Part shown: positions 1 through 12,885 of the stretch, piece after piece
Position numbering within the stretch: position 1 is the first letter of the stretch
Layout: each line of letters opens with the position of its first letter
DNA from: Pelomyxa schiedti
Taxonomy: Eukaryota; Protista; Evosea
Direction of reading: 5' to 3'
Assembly: GCA_020536535.1 (NCBI GenBank)
Contig: JAHLWZ010000802.1
Coordinates: forward strand, 62,001 to 126,000
DNA length: 64,000 nt
Notes under the pieces: generated by a model
The model's database searches: none
What the model saw: the letters and a program-made list of their open reading frames with translations, nothing else
What the model was told of the DNA's origin: nothing
Translations under genes and position numbers: made by a program

Positions 1-69
1 TTCAGGCCTGGTGGGATTCTGGTTGACCAGAATTTGAGAGCAAGCACGGTTCTGCTCGATTTGGTGTAA
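1..69 (+). CDS. 3' end of a gene truncated by the window edge (product unknown)
   Basis: Frame 1 is open from base 1 (FRPGGILVDQNLRASTVLLDLV) to tandem TAA TAA, followed by an AT-rich spacer converging on the next gene. Confidence 0.35.
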   Translation, partial: FRPGGILVDQNLRASTVLLDLV

Positions 70-202
70 TAATGCTGCCGAGAACGAATGAACTGTAGAA
101 AGAAGAAGAAAACAACAGAATAAAAGTCAAAAATTTGCCTCTTGTTTTTTTTTTTCTCTCTAGATTTATCATGTTTTGGTGTTGTGGTTATTTGCCTGGA
201 AC

Positions 203-3200
203 TTAGTCCGTAGTTGAGGTGGGAGTTTTCATTTTTTCCTATTTATGTGTGAGGCAAAGAAGGATTAATCCAAATTTCCATACCAGAGCCTCTGTGATCA
301 CCATAAGTGCTGGTTCGTAGTATTCGTCCGGGACTTCGATTTTTTCTACTACTCCTCCATGGGGGTCACACAGTTGGACATAGAACCTGATCAAGTAAGC
401 AAATGGTGGGAAAATGGCTTGGGAGTGCGAACTTTTGCAGTTTTTCACTGTTGTCCTCAAGGAAATCGTTGAACTTCATCATGAACTGCTCCTTGTCCCC
501 AAATTTGACGCCGTTGGCCAGGTTTTGAAGAATCTTGGTAATAACTATCAGTTGCCTTCTGATGTTCTCAGGTGGACTCTCCGGAAGTAACCCATAACTG
601 GAATCAGAGTTAATGGGAGGTAGGTAGCAAACCACTTAGGAAATTACCCCTCTGGAACGGAAATAGCAGTATTTATAAAGCGCAGGAAAAAGAAGGCACC
701 AATAGACTGCTGTGTGAACTCGGGTAGGGTTACAGAAACCTTGTTTTTTTCGGTTTTTCCTTTCTAGTTGGGAATTCAAACCTCTTTTTGAATGACTGAA
801 CATATTCTACGTAATGATAGAGGTATATGGTTCGCTGATAGTGTTATTTGAAGAATGAACTTGGTGCATATAAGTTTTGCTGCCAGTGCATTAACAGACT
901 CATCAACTCCCTCGGACATAACTTCGGGATCTACTTCATAGTTCGTTTGTACCATCTCAATCGCTGCATCACTAGTAACATCATGCATCTCCTAATAACG
1001 AGTCACGAAGAATAATAATAAAAAAAAGGAAGTTGAACCTCTGCATTGGCAGCTTCTCTTAGTATCCCCTCAAACAAAACACCCAGGGTCTGAAACAGGT
1101 AGGAAAGCCCAACCATTTTTGAGTAGAACTGGGGGAAGTCAGCAGAAGGACATTTTAATTTTTCCTTGACCTTAAAAGCTTTTGTGGAGAAACTATTTGA
1201 TCGGAATAGAGCCATTGTATCCCGACAAGTCCTGGCTTCATCAGTAATAAAAAAGATCATCTTGATTTGGATCAGAGATTGAATAGTTTATTTACGGTCA
1301 GTTACCATATCTAAGGCTTTCCCATGGCGCTCAAAGAAGTAGACTGATGATTTGGCAAGGTTTTCCAATTGAGTGATATCTGTGCTTTGAATGATTTTCT
1401 TCATGGTGATCCAGGAGCCTTCCTCAGCCTCTCGTATCTTTATGGGGTGACTAATTTTCAATTGAAACGTTCCAAACCAAGGTGCTACAGGTGGCATCTT
1501 TGCAGGATAAGAGAAATTCTTCATTTTCATACGTGGCCTTGACTTGACAGAACCTGAATGGATTTAAGAAATTTAATTGTTAAGAAAGTTTCACGGGCAT
1601 ACTGCAATCTTCGAATATTGGAATAACGCAACCGGAGTCTTGCTTGTTGCTTTCGTCTGTATAAAACTAACACAGCAGCTCCTACAATAAACGGCAATAT
1701 AACAGCTGGCACAGCAAGTATTCCAAGCAGTCCCATATTGGATTTCTTTTTTCCTGTCTCAAATGAGGAAAAGAGAACGACAGAAGTAGAAGACCTTTAG
1801 TGTCATCCTTTATGTCACAAGCGTCACCATGCCAATTGGGATAACAAACACATTTCACAGTACTGTTGCTGTAAGAGGTACAGGTACCCTGTTTACAAGG
1901 TACTTTCGAGCACGGACTGAAAAGAGTGTTAAATCAAAAGGAAGTTAACAAGGCGTATCAACTCAAAATTTGTTCCAAAGTAAGCAATTTCAGTAAGTAC
2001 AGATTCCCAGCCATTGGACATCACTAAAAACCATGAGTAGTTGGTGCCAGAATCGACTTTCGTTGAGATGGATGTCGCATCCGCCAGCACGCTGCTATTG
2101 AAGGCAACAAACCAGCTGGACGAGTTTCCTGAAGAGAATGAATTATTTCAAACTAATCTGGTAAAACCTTCAGCCATCATAACGAATTGGAAACTGAGAG
2201 AATATCCACTTGAAGGGCACCTGTGACCCCAGGTGGACACTGTACTCCAGGAGAATACAATTGGGGTAGCGTAGGAAACATTGAAGACATCAACAGGGAA
2301 AAATAGTGTAGGAGGAATCGGGGAATATGAGACGCATGCAGTGAAACGCATATAGTCAGTTGTAGATTGCATTGGTTGCTGTGAGGAATTAATTTTGAAG
2401 GGAAATGACTCTGCCAACCTCATTAGTTACTCTAACTCTCCAGTAATATCTTATTGACGATTAGAAAAACAAATTTTACATGGATTGGTACGTTTTATCC
2501 AAAGTCCAGTTATACGTTTGGAAAGTGAGGTGAAGTGGCATGTCGCCATTGTGCTCGATTACGGCTGTTTCAATCGTTGGCCACTCCGAAGTTTTTTCAG
2601 TAACAAATAATTTGTAGGTTCGTTTGGTTGTATTGCTGCACTCTGTCCCCCAGTCATAAAGAGAACTGATTACAATTTGGGCATCAAGAGGAACAATTTC
2701 TCCCTCTAATGGATATTCTAGAGCAGGATATCCGGGTGCCTTCGGTACACAGACTGGCCAGAGTGAATAAAAAGGAATAGGAGAAGTGAAAAAATACTGC
2801 TAAATATAAAATGGGCAGACTCGTCAGAGTTAAGGTCGCCATTTGAGGATGACATCCACCACTCATAAACCCCTCATTAAAATATCAATACAGGAAATAA
2901 ACCAGGAAACACCGCACCTTCATCCAGTGTCAAAGTTGTAGAAGTAATGCCACTGAGAGTTGTTGCAGAGGAGTAATCGCTGTATAACTTAGATAGCATT
3001 AAAGTTATCCAAGCATCTTGTGAGAAGCAGCTCTTGCCAAACGTTGGTAAATTCCAACTGAAATTAACAAGTAATTGCGAAAATTTGGCTCCCAGTGGTG
3101 GGTACAAGAGTGTTGGAGCTGAAGGCTTAGAGGCTTGGCACAAATTAAAGGACCAGGGACTTGTACTGACCTATCTCTTGTTAAACTTTTTAAAGTAATG

Positions 3201-6200
3201 AGAAACAAATACAGAGGCTTCTGTGTTATTAATAGAAATCTTCCAGCTCCAATTACCAGGTGAAAGAACGAAAACTCCAGATTCTGTCTTGAAAGAGGGA
3301 AGAATTTGATAGCTAGATGTGTTGGTCAGAGAAGCGGAAAAGGGGCACGCGGAAACCTCGTGGAAGACGGTAGAGCAGAGAATGTAACAGTCCCATTGTA
3401 GACATATAATACTGACAAACAAGGCTTATTGTACGGGCATGTAATTCCACAGCTGTACTGTGACCAACTTAATTCCAATGGGGTATCATAGGCCAGCATG
3501 CAGCCATCACAAGGATACTCAAGGGATGGTGATGAAGGAGGCTGGGGAACACAAGTAGTGAAAGTTCCCAGTGCTGAAGGGGTCCACTTTTCTCCATTGA
3601 AGTAGCGCACACTCCACTGGTATTCATCTTGGACATTAGGAAAAGCCATTGGAATGTAGGATGTTGTATTCAACATAAATGTCATATTTAAGTAAACTTC
3701 CGAAGTCTTGAAGTATCTGACTACAAACTCAATAAATCCAGGGCTAGGATCACAAGTCACTCCAAGTGGGGGAGCCTGCCACATAAAGTTCAAGGCAGTG
3801 TTCTCAACTATGTCGTCCATATTTGGTTTCAGCAGGGACGGTGCTTGAGTGAGTTCACTGGGAGAACAGTACGAGAAGGTGGAAAAAATTTTAGTGGAAC
3901 ATTTTGTCATAGTGCAGGCAGCAACAGAAACATTGTTGATAATCCCCACTGTCACAGTGGTAGTGAATTTAGGTGTTGATGAGGGAATAGTGACAGAAAC
4001 ACCGTTGAAGATAAGAGAATAAAGTTGTGCCTGAGAGCAGGAAATACCCCAATCCAGTGGGGGATCCCAGTACAGGGTGATTGGTTGAGTCCCCTGGATG
4101 ACTCCTATGGGAGAGAGATTTCGGGGTGAACTGGGTGCTGTGGTTAAGCAAGTGATAAACAGTCTGTCTTCAGAAGTTGAATTCAGAACTCCATTATTGG
4201 CAATAACGTGCCACCACCAGCTGTCTGGCTGGAAATCAGTTGTAAAACTTTTTGAATAAGTTGTAGATGAGTTCCATGTGACTGAACTATTTTGACGCCA
4301 CTCAACAATGAACTGCTTAAGATTGGGGGTGTTACAAGTTGATCCAAATGATTTATAGGCAGATCCCCATTCCAATGTGACTTGAGTGGCGATAAAGGAT
4401 GCTCCATTAGTAGGCGAAGAAAGAATCGGGATATCAGGTGGGGTGCAGTTACATGAAACTGGCTGTGTGTTGTTGACGACGACTGTTTGATTTTGAGACA
4501 CAGTTGTATTGACTTGTACTGTTTGATTGACTGAAACTGTTGTGTTGACAACAACTGTTTGGTTTACCTGCACTGTTACGTTTACTGATACTGTTTCGTT
4601 CACGGTTATGGTTTTGTTCACTTGAATGGTTGTATTTGTCGGTACTGTTGCGTTCACTTGGACCGTAACGTTGGAAGTTGTGGTGACATTCTCTAATGTG
4701 ACTGTGACTATAGTGCAATTGATTGTGATGGTACTGTTGCTACCACATAGTTCCGTCTTATTGGTGCCATCACTACAATGCACATAAACTGTGACGTTTT
4801 CCGTGCAGTTTACGGAATGTGATTCAATAGTTATGTGGGTGACGTTTCGGAGTTCGGTAACGTTAACTGCAAGGGTTTTGTTCACCGTCTGCGTTGTGTT
4901 CACAGTTACAGTTGCATTTTCCATAACAGTGTGGTTAACGCTGACAGTCGAGTTTACTGGTACGGTTGTGTTCAGAGTCACAGTAGTATTGACAGGCACA
5001 GTAGTGTTGACGGATACTGTTGAATTTATCGTAACAGTTGTATTGACTGTAACAGTAGAGTTGATTACAGGGGGCACTGGCGGAGTATAAGTAACACTTC
5101 CTATTCCGACGCTTTCTGACTTTCCATTGTTCACCAGCACGTACCACCACACCACTCCTGCAGTCAAATTTGTCAGGTTTAATGAACCAGTCATTGGTGC
5201 TTCCATCTGCACTACCGAACCGTTGAAAATGACAGTAATATTGCAGAATGGCACTGCTACACAAGCTTCTCCGCACGATGTAACATTCCAGGAAAGAGTA
5301 ACATTGTTGAGTTGGGTCTCATATGGTGACTCAGGATAAAGAACTGGATCACTAGGCTTCCGGTAGTCACAAACATTAACAACTTGGATTGCAGAAACGG
5401 GGTTCAACATGGAATTGCGTGCACTCAGAGCCCAATACATAGTACCGATACTGAGATCCGTGGGGGTATAAGACGTTGCATTAGAAAGAGGAAGGGGTAT
5501 CCAAGCACTTGATTGGTTGTATGTGCTAGTGTTAGTACTATACCACAGCGTTAACACAGAAATGGATGCAAGGCAGTTGGTTCCAAAGTCAATTGGGTCC
5601 CACTGGAGTGAATCGCCAACTATGAACATTTCTCCAGTAAGAGGATATGTAAGGACAGGACTGGTCTCTGGAACAGAACTGCACACATAAAACATATTGG
5701 TGTCCGTGGTCGTTTGCCGAACGCTGTTATTTGCCACAACGTACCACGAATGATTTCCAAGGCCAACTGTGAGATTCATCGAGTTATTGTATGTGGAGGA
5801 CAACAAAGTATTGTCAAGATACACGTGGAAAATGCCACCTATCCAGACGTTAATGAAGGAAAAAATAGAGGTGCCAAATACTGGAGCCAGGACAGCTCTT
5901 GCCCATGCTAGCTGGTTGTGACCAAGAAAGGGTAACATTGCAGGAAGAAATACTGATAAATGCAAACAGTTGTCCATTCACGGGGGTAGACAAAGAGAAT
6001 GGCCATGGTGGTGATGGGTTGCAGAAGGTAAAATTGAAATTAGAAACAGACTGCCTTTGAAACTGCGTGTTGTTTGCCACAACGTACCACGTATATGTGC
6101 CCTCCTGCAGTGGTATGCTGGTTTGAAACCAAGGAACCTTGACGCTACTTGCAATCAGTGATGGGGTTGCTCCAGCAGGCCCAAGATAAACATTCCAGGA

Positions 6201-8260
6201 TTGGTAAGCTGGATAGTTCAAATTGAAACCTAGTTGGCGTAAAACTGGTGACTTCTTTGAATGTGCAGTAACCTGTTTGTTTGCAAATAAATGGGCGAGT
6301 TGTTGGGCCCCAACAATTTTCTGCTACCCAATCAGAGGAGTATGTTGAAGCATAAACACAGTCATATGTATCATTATTGTTTTTAACACCTCCTGGGGGA
6401 GGAAGTGTAACATAAGCCCCATCTATCCACGCGAATCTGCCCTCACGCCTATTTATTTTAAGTTTCCCTCGTTTTTTTTATTTGACTTCATACTGCCTAT
6501 CATTAAGTCCTGTCCAATATGTCCCATTATAACCACCAAGCACCGACTTCATGAAAGCCAACTCTTCAGTGGATAATATGGTGACCAAAGTAACATCAAT
6601 ACCATAATTGTGACAGGAGAAATTTGCACCGCTCCAGGTCCTTGGTTCATTGAAGAATTTATAGCAGTAAACTGGGTTTGAAGTGTTTGGCCAGAATAAA
6701 GAAAATCCAGCGGGGCAGCTGGGACCTGGATACTGTGAGAAGTGAAGGTAAGTGAGAATCGAATACTGCTCAGCATTCCCCATTTCAAAAGGGGAGGATT
6801 TTCAGGTTGATACTTTCCGTCTGCAGGATAATATTGACTTGGGGAATTGGGAGGCTGTGGCGATGATATTGTGAAATTCCACTTGGACGGATATGAGTAT
6901 GCTTGTGAAGTACCTTGACAAAGCACTGCAGTTACATTCTAGATGCAAAATGTGAGTCGCTTGGGGATTTTGCTATCACAATACCCAAAAGCAAACACCA
7001 TCAGAAGGAAAAGAAACAGAGAGGTACGTTGTATTCAGTCCTCTTTGCACTCTTGTAGTCGTGCCAGTTTTGGTTATAAAATTGTATGATACATCGTAGA
7101 GGATTTTGTAATTGGGACAGTTTGTTGAACTTGTTACTGAATACCATTCTAGTAAAAGAGTTTTAATCTTCAGTTGTTGTTACCATTGCTTTTTACTATT
7201 TCTGTGCTACATACAAACAAGACCATAGCAGATGTTGGACCTCGGTTTGAGGGTTGGCCTGTAGGTGCCAATATGCAAAAAGTTTGTATTGAATCAGAAG
7301 CTGGTATTTGACGTGCACTGCACCGATAGGTAATAAAGACATCAGTCCAATTTTTAGCTGGACAGCCAGTGTCCCCAAGAGTGTAAAAGCATGTTGAATT
7401 TCCTTTGCCCGCGCACCTGTTAGAAACAGATGTGGTGATGTCAGCACAAAAGTCTGCGAGGTAGTGAGTCACCCGTCTTAGAAGAAAGGGAGAGAGGAAC
7501 ATACAAGATACAGACTTGGAGGTGGTACACGTCGGTGCTGGGGATCCAGCCTTGAACCCAAAAACTGAGTCCACCGTATAAATTGTTGTTGGAGAGGGGC
7601 AGGAAAAGGAAAAAATCTTGTTGACAGGTTTCGCGTGAACGCAGGGGAACCTAACATCATCGTTATACATCACTTTTGTAGCCTGGTAAATATCTTATAC
7701 CATCGCTGAGGCAGGGGAGCTGCATGCCACCAGTAGTATCCGCTACCCAAAAGTCTCACTGCGAATCACGAGTCATTAAGGGCAGTTGGGGCAGGGGGGC
7801 ACCACAGACCTACATTTCTGTTGCCGTACAGATCCAGCGACTTGGTCGTGGCGGTTCCGTTCAAATAAGCCAAAATCGGGGATCCTCTGGACCACTCTAT
7901 CTTGAACTGGGACAGCCTGGACAAGCTGGTGGAGTTTGGCTGGCACATCACTCCGAACCCAGAGTAGTACACCGAGAAGGTCACGTTGAGGCTCCACTTT
8001 CCCGCAGCGAGGGCCCACGTGCCCGCCGACGCCGCCGCCGTCGGGGTGTAGCCACCGCACGCCGTGCAGTTGTCATTGCACTGTGTGGTTTGGCACAGAG
8101 CCGTGGGCGATGACGAGATGATGACGAGGGCCACCACCAGGGCGGGAACCGTCAGAATGATGCCGGTTGGGTGAAATGGAATCCTCGTCCTCTTCCGGAA
8201 GGAGGGGAAAAGGGGAGAGGAGGACGAGGGGGAAGACGAAGACGACGACGACGGTGGCAT
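203..8260 (-). CDS. Single-pass transmembrane receptor-like protein with SUEL-like and C-type lectin domains, FN3-like repeats, a glycosylated stalk and EGF outside, and a RasGAP domain inside (multi-exon)
   Basis: N-terminal hydrophobic segment (IILTVPALVVALVII); CTLD motifs YCYKFF..RTWSGA..C, YWTGLND, FAWIDG, RPFICK (~6290-6700); EGF CSKVPCKQGTC..CVCYPNWHGDAC (~1820-1915); TM LLGILAVPAVILPFIVGAAVLVLY followed by RRK; RasGAP motifs LFRSNS, FFLRFINTAI, KILQNLANGVKF; spliced stop TAA at 203-205. Confidence 0.85.
4440..5085 (-). repeat. Coding 6-residue N-x-T repeat array flanking a Cys knob within the receptor ectodomain
   Basis: Translation of ORF 3326-5977: (N-x-T-x-x-x) x13, then a Cys-containing loop, then (N-x-T-x-x-x) x13. 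Confidence 0.85.
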
Positions 8261-8855
8261 GTTGGGTGGAGTGTTTGTTGTTTTAATTTAAGGGAATGGA
8301 AGGGGAAGGAGTTGGAAAGCCAGAATAGTTGCAAGGGTCTTTTTGTGGACTCTATTTTTGTGTTGTTTTTCCCCTTCCTGTCTTGCGCTGAGGCGAAGAA
8401 ACGATTACGAAACATAAAACGATGGGTGGGTTTTCTAGATGTCGGGAAGGCGTCTCGGATGGTTGTGATGGAGTATGATGGGAGTTTCTGTATCTGTTTG
8501 CTTGTCAAGCTTTGTACAGCTAGGCAAACATTCAGTTGGGGAAGGTTGTACCGAGGCCGGGAAAACTCTTATCTGAGAAGGTTCTTTGTTATTCCATGCC
8601 CCCTTTTTTAGGTTGCTAGACATCGTGGAAATTTTCCTTTTCGATTTCGGAAAATGTACATTTCGCCTAAGTGAACTCTCTTCGCGAAACGCTCGTTTTG
8701 CACTATGTCGGTCAGACCATACAAACACATCCGAGAAAGGCAGATTAATAATATAAAATAAAAATCCAAGAACCAACACACACCAACTAAGAGAACCAAC
8801 AAGACTCCCCAACAAAACACAAAACAAAAAAATAAAGAGTCTTGTGAACCAACAA

Positions 8856-9221
8856 ATGCACTCCTCACCAGTCATAGTCACGACACTAGGAGCAACCCAA
8901 GGCCCCAGGACGCCGAGGCTGGATCCCAGGGCACAGCCACCAAACACACCGCCGCCGTTCGTGCTCGACAGCAGCAGCTTTTTCTCAGTGCCCTCGTTTT
9001 CGCTGGACGACGGACAGCTGCGCGTGGCGGACAACGTGGGGCTTTCTACTACGTCAAAGGCGACGTGCACTACGTGCCTGGTGTCGATAGTGGAAATAGC
9101 CACGGCCAGCAGGAAAAGGACGAGGTCACATAGCAGCCCTTTGCTGTGCAGCACGAACCCAAAGCACCAGAAGCACTCGCCCCATCATCAGAACCAAGAC
9201 AAGTGCCCGATGAACATCTAG
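8856..9221 (+). CDS. Hypothetical 121-aa protein, single exon
   Basis: ATG after an A-rich leader (aacaaATG); GC-rich composition like other first exons; no recognisable domain. Confidence 0.4.
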   Translation: MHSSPVIVTTLGATQGPRTPRLDPRAQPPNTPPPFVLDSSSFFSVPSFSLDDGQLRVADNVGLSTTSKATCTTCLVSIVEIATASRKRTRSHSSPLLCSTNPKHQKHSPHHQNQDKCPMNI

Positions 9222-9479
9222 ATAGCCAGGGCCGACGTCTACCTCAGCTACTAAACGAGACCGCGCTCTCTTCCTCGTGCTCTACCTCAGCCCAATTTCG
9301 CAGAGCCAAGGCAGAGACGCAGCTACGCCTTTCGCGATCTACGCGAAACGTCCTTTGGATCCCTCTAGATTCCTATTCCATCAGTATTGTACAAACTAAA
9401 ATTTTAGAATTTAGCAGTAACAAGAAAAATTTTAGCGAAACGATCTTTTTTCTCTTCTTTTTCCCTTCCTTCCGTGGTG

Positions 9480-12400
9480 ATGGGCAGTGGTGTAAGTGCA
9501 GAGGGCGACGCTGTAGAATCAGTCACCAACAGTACAGCCCCCATAATTGCATCGGAGGCAGATGCCCTACTGGGGCCCTCGTCTGTTGGGCGTCACGGTT
9601 ACGACGGCCCACAGACGGGAGGGGTGTCCTCTTCTCGTAATCGGCGCCCGCGACCCGCTGCGAAGGCAGTACGCGCCACCACGTCGTTGACCTACTCGAA
9701 CTTATGGGTCAATGCATTCCGGGAGTGCCGCCGCCGTTCGTCTGACGCCGAGCAAGGGTCACAGGAGCAAGTTGGTGGCACCGTCACCGATGACGTCACT
9801 TCCGATTTGACAGGGGCGACTGCAACCCCGGGCTCAGATGCCGGCTTCAGAGAAGTTGCAGTCGCTCTGCAATCCACTGATGTTGGTGACACCTTGGATA
9901 ACAATACCGCGGAGAGGGAGAGGGAGAGAGATGGAGATAGGAATAGGAGTGGCCACGGCACTACTGCTGGAGATTCTTCATCGCCGATCGCCGTCACTCC
10001 TCGTCGTCAGCGGCGTGCAACTGTGGGAAATTCCGGCTGTTCAGGGTCCAGGCAACTTGTAGTATTTTCTCGCTCCACATCGGCTGTACCTGGAGGAGTT
10101 GTTGGGGTTGGAATCGACCCTGGGGCTGATGGAACTCCCTCCCCTGTGGTCAGGCGTGAGCCTAAACCACCAGAACAACAGGAGCACAATATATTCAATA
10201 CATCGAATCTATTTTCCTCTGACAAAATTGACCCTTTTGCCTCGGACTCCAACGTGGATGATACAGATAACAACTCACACAACTTGCACACTGCACAAGC
10301 AATTGAAGCGGATACCCGCTCCCGTTCCTCATCGGATCCACATTCGCCGTTGCTTCCAAGAGAGGCAGCTGCAACACTCCCACACCACACCCAACCACCA
10401 CAAAGCAATATAAAGCAAACTAATTCTGACACTCACTCTCCATCTACTCCAAGTCAATTAAATCGAGCTATTCGCGCAACTAATATCGCAACTTGTACTA
10501 CTTCTACTACAACGACGACATCAAATACAGCTACAAAGGCTGTCACACCCCCAGCAACCACACTAAGACAACCAATGCCAAGGCCAACCGGAAACATTCC
10601 AAGAAGTAATAACAGTATGTCTTCTCACTTAGTATTGATTTTGCCCCAAGGAACGGCACCAATACCCACTGAACCAAAGAAAAACTCCTGGGTTGGAATT
10701 TCATCAAGTTATGTTGCAAGTGCTGGGCGTCCTGTTCCACCTACTGTGGTAAAGTGAATTGTTGTTACCCAACTTTAACTCTTGGAGGATAAATATATTG
10801 GAACTGCCTCTGCTTCAGCACCAGGTAAAAAGTCTGGCTTTCTCCAGCGGAAACAAGGTTTTGAGTTCTACACTTAGGCAACATAAAATTTTCACCACAT
10901 TTTTTCAGCCCTTTCTAGTCGACTTCGCCAGAACGTTCCTTATTCCCCTTCTGTGGAAGCTTACCCAGTAAAAAAAGAGGTGGACCCACCATTTATTGTT
11001 TCCCTCTCATCTTTGAAACAGAATCAGGATACGAGAATGGAAAGTGTTATTTCCTCCGCCAAATTGGAAAGAGCACGTCTAATGCGAGACCTTATTTCGG
11101 GAAGATCCGTTCGTCGCCATGTAATAACTATCAAGTTCATGGCCTCAATTCACCTTGTTGCAGGCGTGGTGTGCAATCAGTGGCAGTGACTATCTTGTCC
11201 ACCACGATCCTCATATTCTAGAAAAAGCCACTTCCACTGTGTTTGATATAGCACGTCACCAGGTGGACTTTATATGCACATTTAATAATACCAATTTCAG
11301 GTACAAGTAGGTGATAAATGGCAGCTCACGCTTTTTAGAATAGAAGATCATTGTCTATCTGCAGATGCATTTCATCACTTTAAAGTGATGTTATACATAT
11401 TATCACAGACTAAAATACCTGCCGATCATTTGAAATACCTTCCCGACTTGCGTTAGTTTCTTCAATCCCACCTTCATCTTACTTACTTCTCAAAAGTTGC
11501 AACCTTATTGCAAGTTGTTGATAACTTACATGCATATTCTATTACCAAGATTATCGTGTATCAATCAGTTGTGTACGAGAAATTCTTTCCTGGGACAGCT
11601 ATCTATGTATCAGCTCGCGCTTCAACATTCAATTGCCTTATAGGAGAGCATCTTCCAGCATTACATCAAAGTGCTTATTCATTGATTTAATCCATAAATA
11701 ACTTTGACATTCAAGAGATGTTGTATCTCGGAGTCAATATTCAAGAACTCAGTTCTCTTTGGTTTGACAGATTGTTTCATGGTATCTTGAATAAAGAGAC
11801 AATCCTTCATCTAATGGACTGGTGTTTTTTTTTTTTTTCTACCAACTTTCCAGAAAGTAACCTGTTCTCAGGTTTCTGTGTGATGGTATGGTGATTTTGT
11901 ACAGAGCGGGCTTGGCACTGTTGTACATTCTTTCCGACAACGTTCGCTTGATGGAAACAACTACAGCTATCACTCAGGCATTACGAGACATACACATTTA
12001 CAGTCTTTCGTGGAATGCTCAAGACTTCATGAAGGTGATTAAATTATAATCAAAAAGTGTCTGAACTCCACAAGCTTGCCATGACTTTTGATACCAGTAC
12101 CGAATACATTCCCTATTACAGACCCCCAGAGGGGCCATTTCCACTTAATATCTCTTCAATTTTGACAAATGACCAGGTTTACTTACCTTTGTTTCCCATC
12201 TCTCACATTAATGAAGTTCCTGGCTGTATGGAGATGGCTTTCTCCAGTGTACCAATTGATGGTGCCTCTCTTCACGTTTCTTCTAAACTAACAAGTAAAA
12301 ATTCTCAAGGAATTCCCTCAACTTGTCTATGCTTCTCGAGAAGATGGATTCAGTCTGCATAGAATGTATGAAAGGTGTCAGGGTATGGCACCTCTTGTAT

Positions 12401-12831
12401 TGATAATAAAATCAGCCGACCACAATGTAAGCCAACACGATTCTTTATTGTGTAACATTTATGGAAGGTGTTTGGGGCATTTTTTGCGGACCCACTATGT
12501 GTGCGAATTTCATGCTTTTATGGCACAGGGGAAACCTTCTTGTTTACTGTTTCACCTATTCCAGTAAAGTATAATTGGACACACTCAAATAGATATTTGT
12601 TGTATACCGAGCAGGAGCAACTGGCATGTGGTGGCGGGTATGATATGAGCCCATTCCCAAGGTCAACCTCACCAAAATTCAAGGGGGAGTGTGGGTTATG
12701 GACTTATGATTGATGACGAGCTGCACTTTGGAACAACAACAAGGTGCGCAACATTCGAGAATGAACCACTGAATGGTGGAAAAGAAGAGTTTGAGTGTGT
12801 GGATATCGAGCTAATCGCGATTTGCTCCTGA
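9480..12831 (+). CDS. TBC (Rab-GAP-like) plus TLDc domain protein, TBC1D24-like (multi-exon)
   Basis: Long low-complexity exon 1; TBC-like segments IGEHLPALH, LWFDRLF, FLCDGMVILYRAGLALL; TLDc motifs DGFSLHRMY..C, VFGAFF, FYGTGETFLF, LACGGG, GLMIDDEL..G..TRCATFENEPL, EEFECVDIE; TGA at 12829-12831. Confidence 0.85.
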
Positions 12832-12885
12832 CATAACACTCACCTGTATTGTAAAAAAAATAAATAAAAAAAAGGCAATTGGGAT

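Noticed and set aside
8435-9154. 239-aa minus-strand ORF with apparent TM segment
   Set aside because: Non-ATG start; the hydrophobic stretch is the reverse complement of an A/C-rich leader
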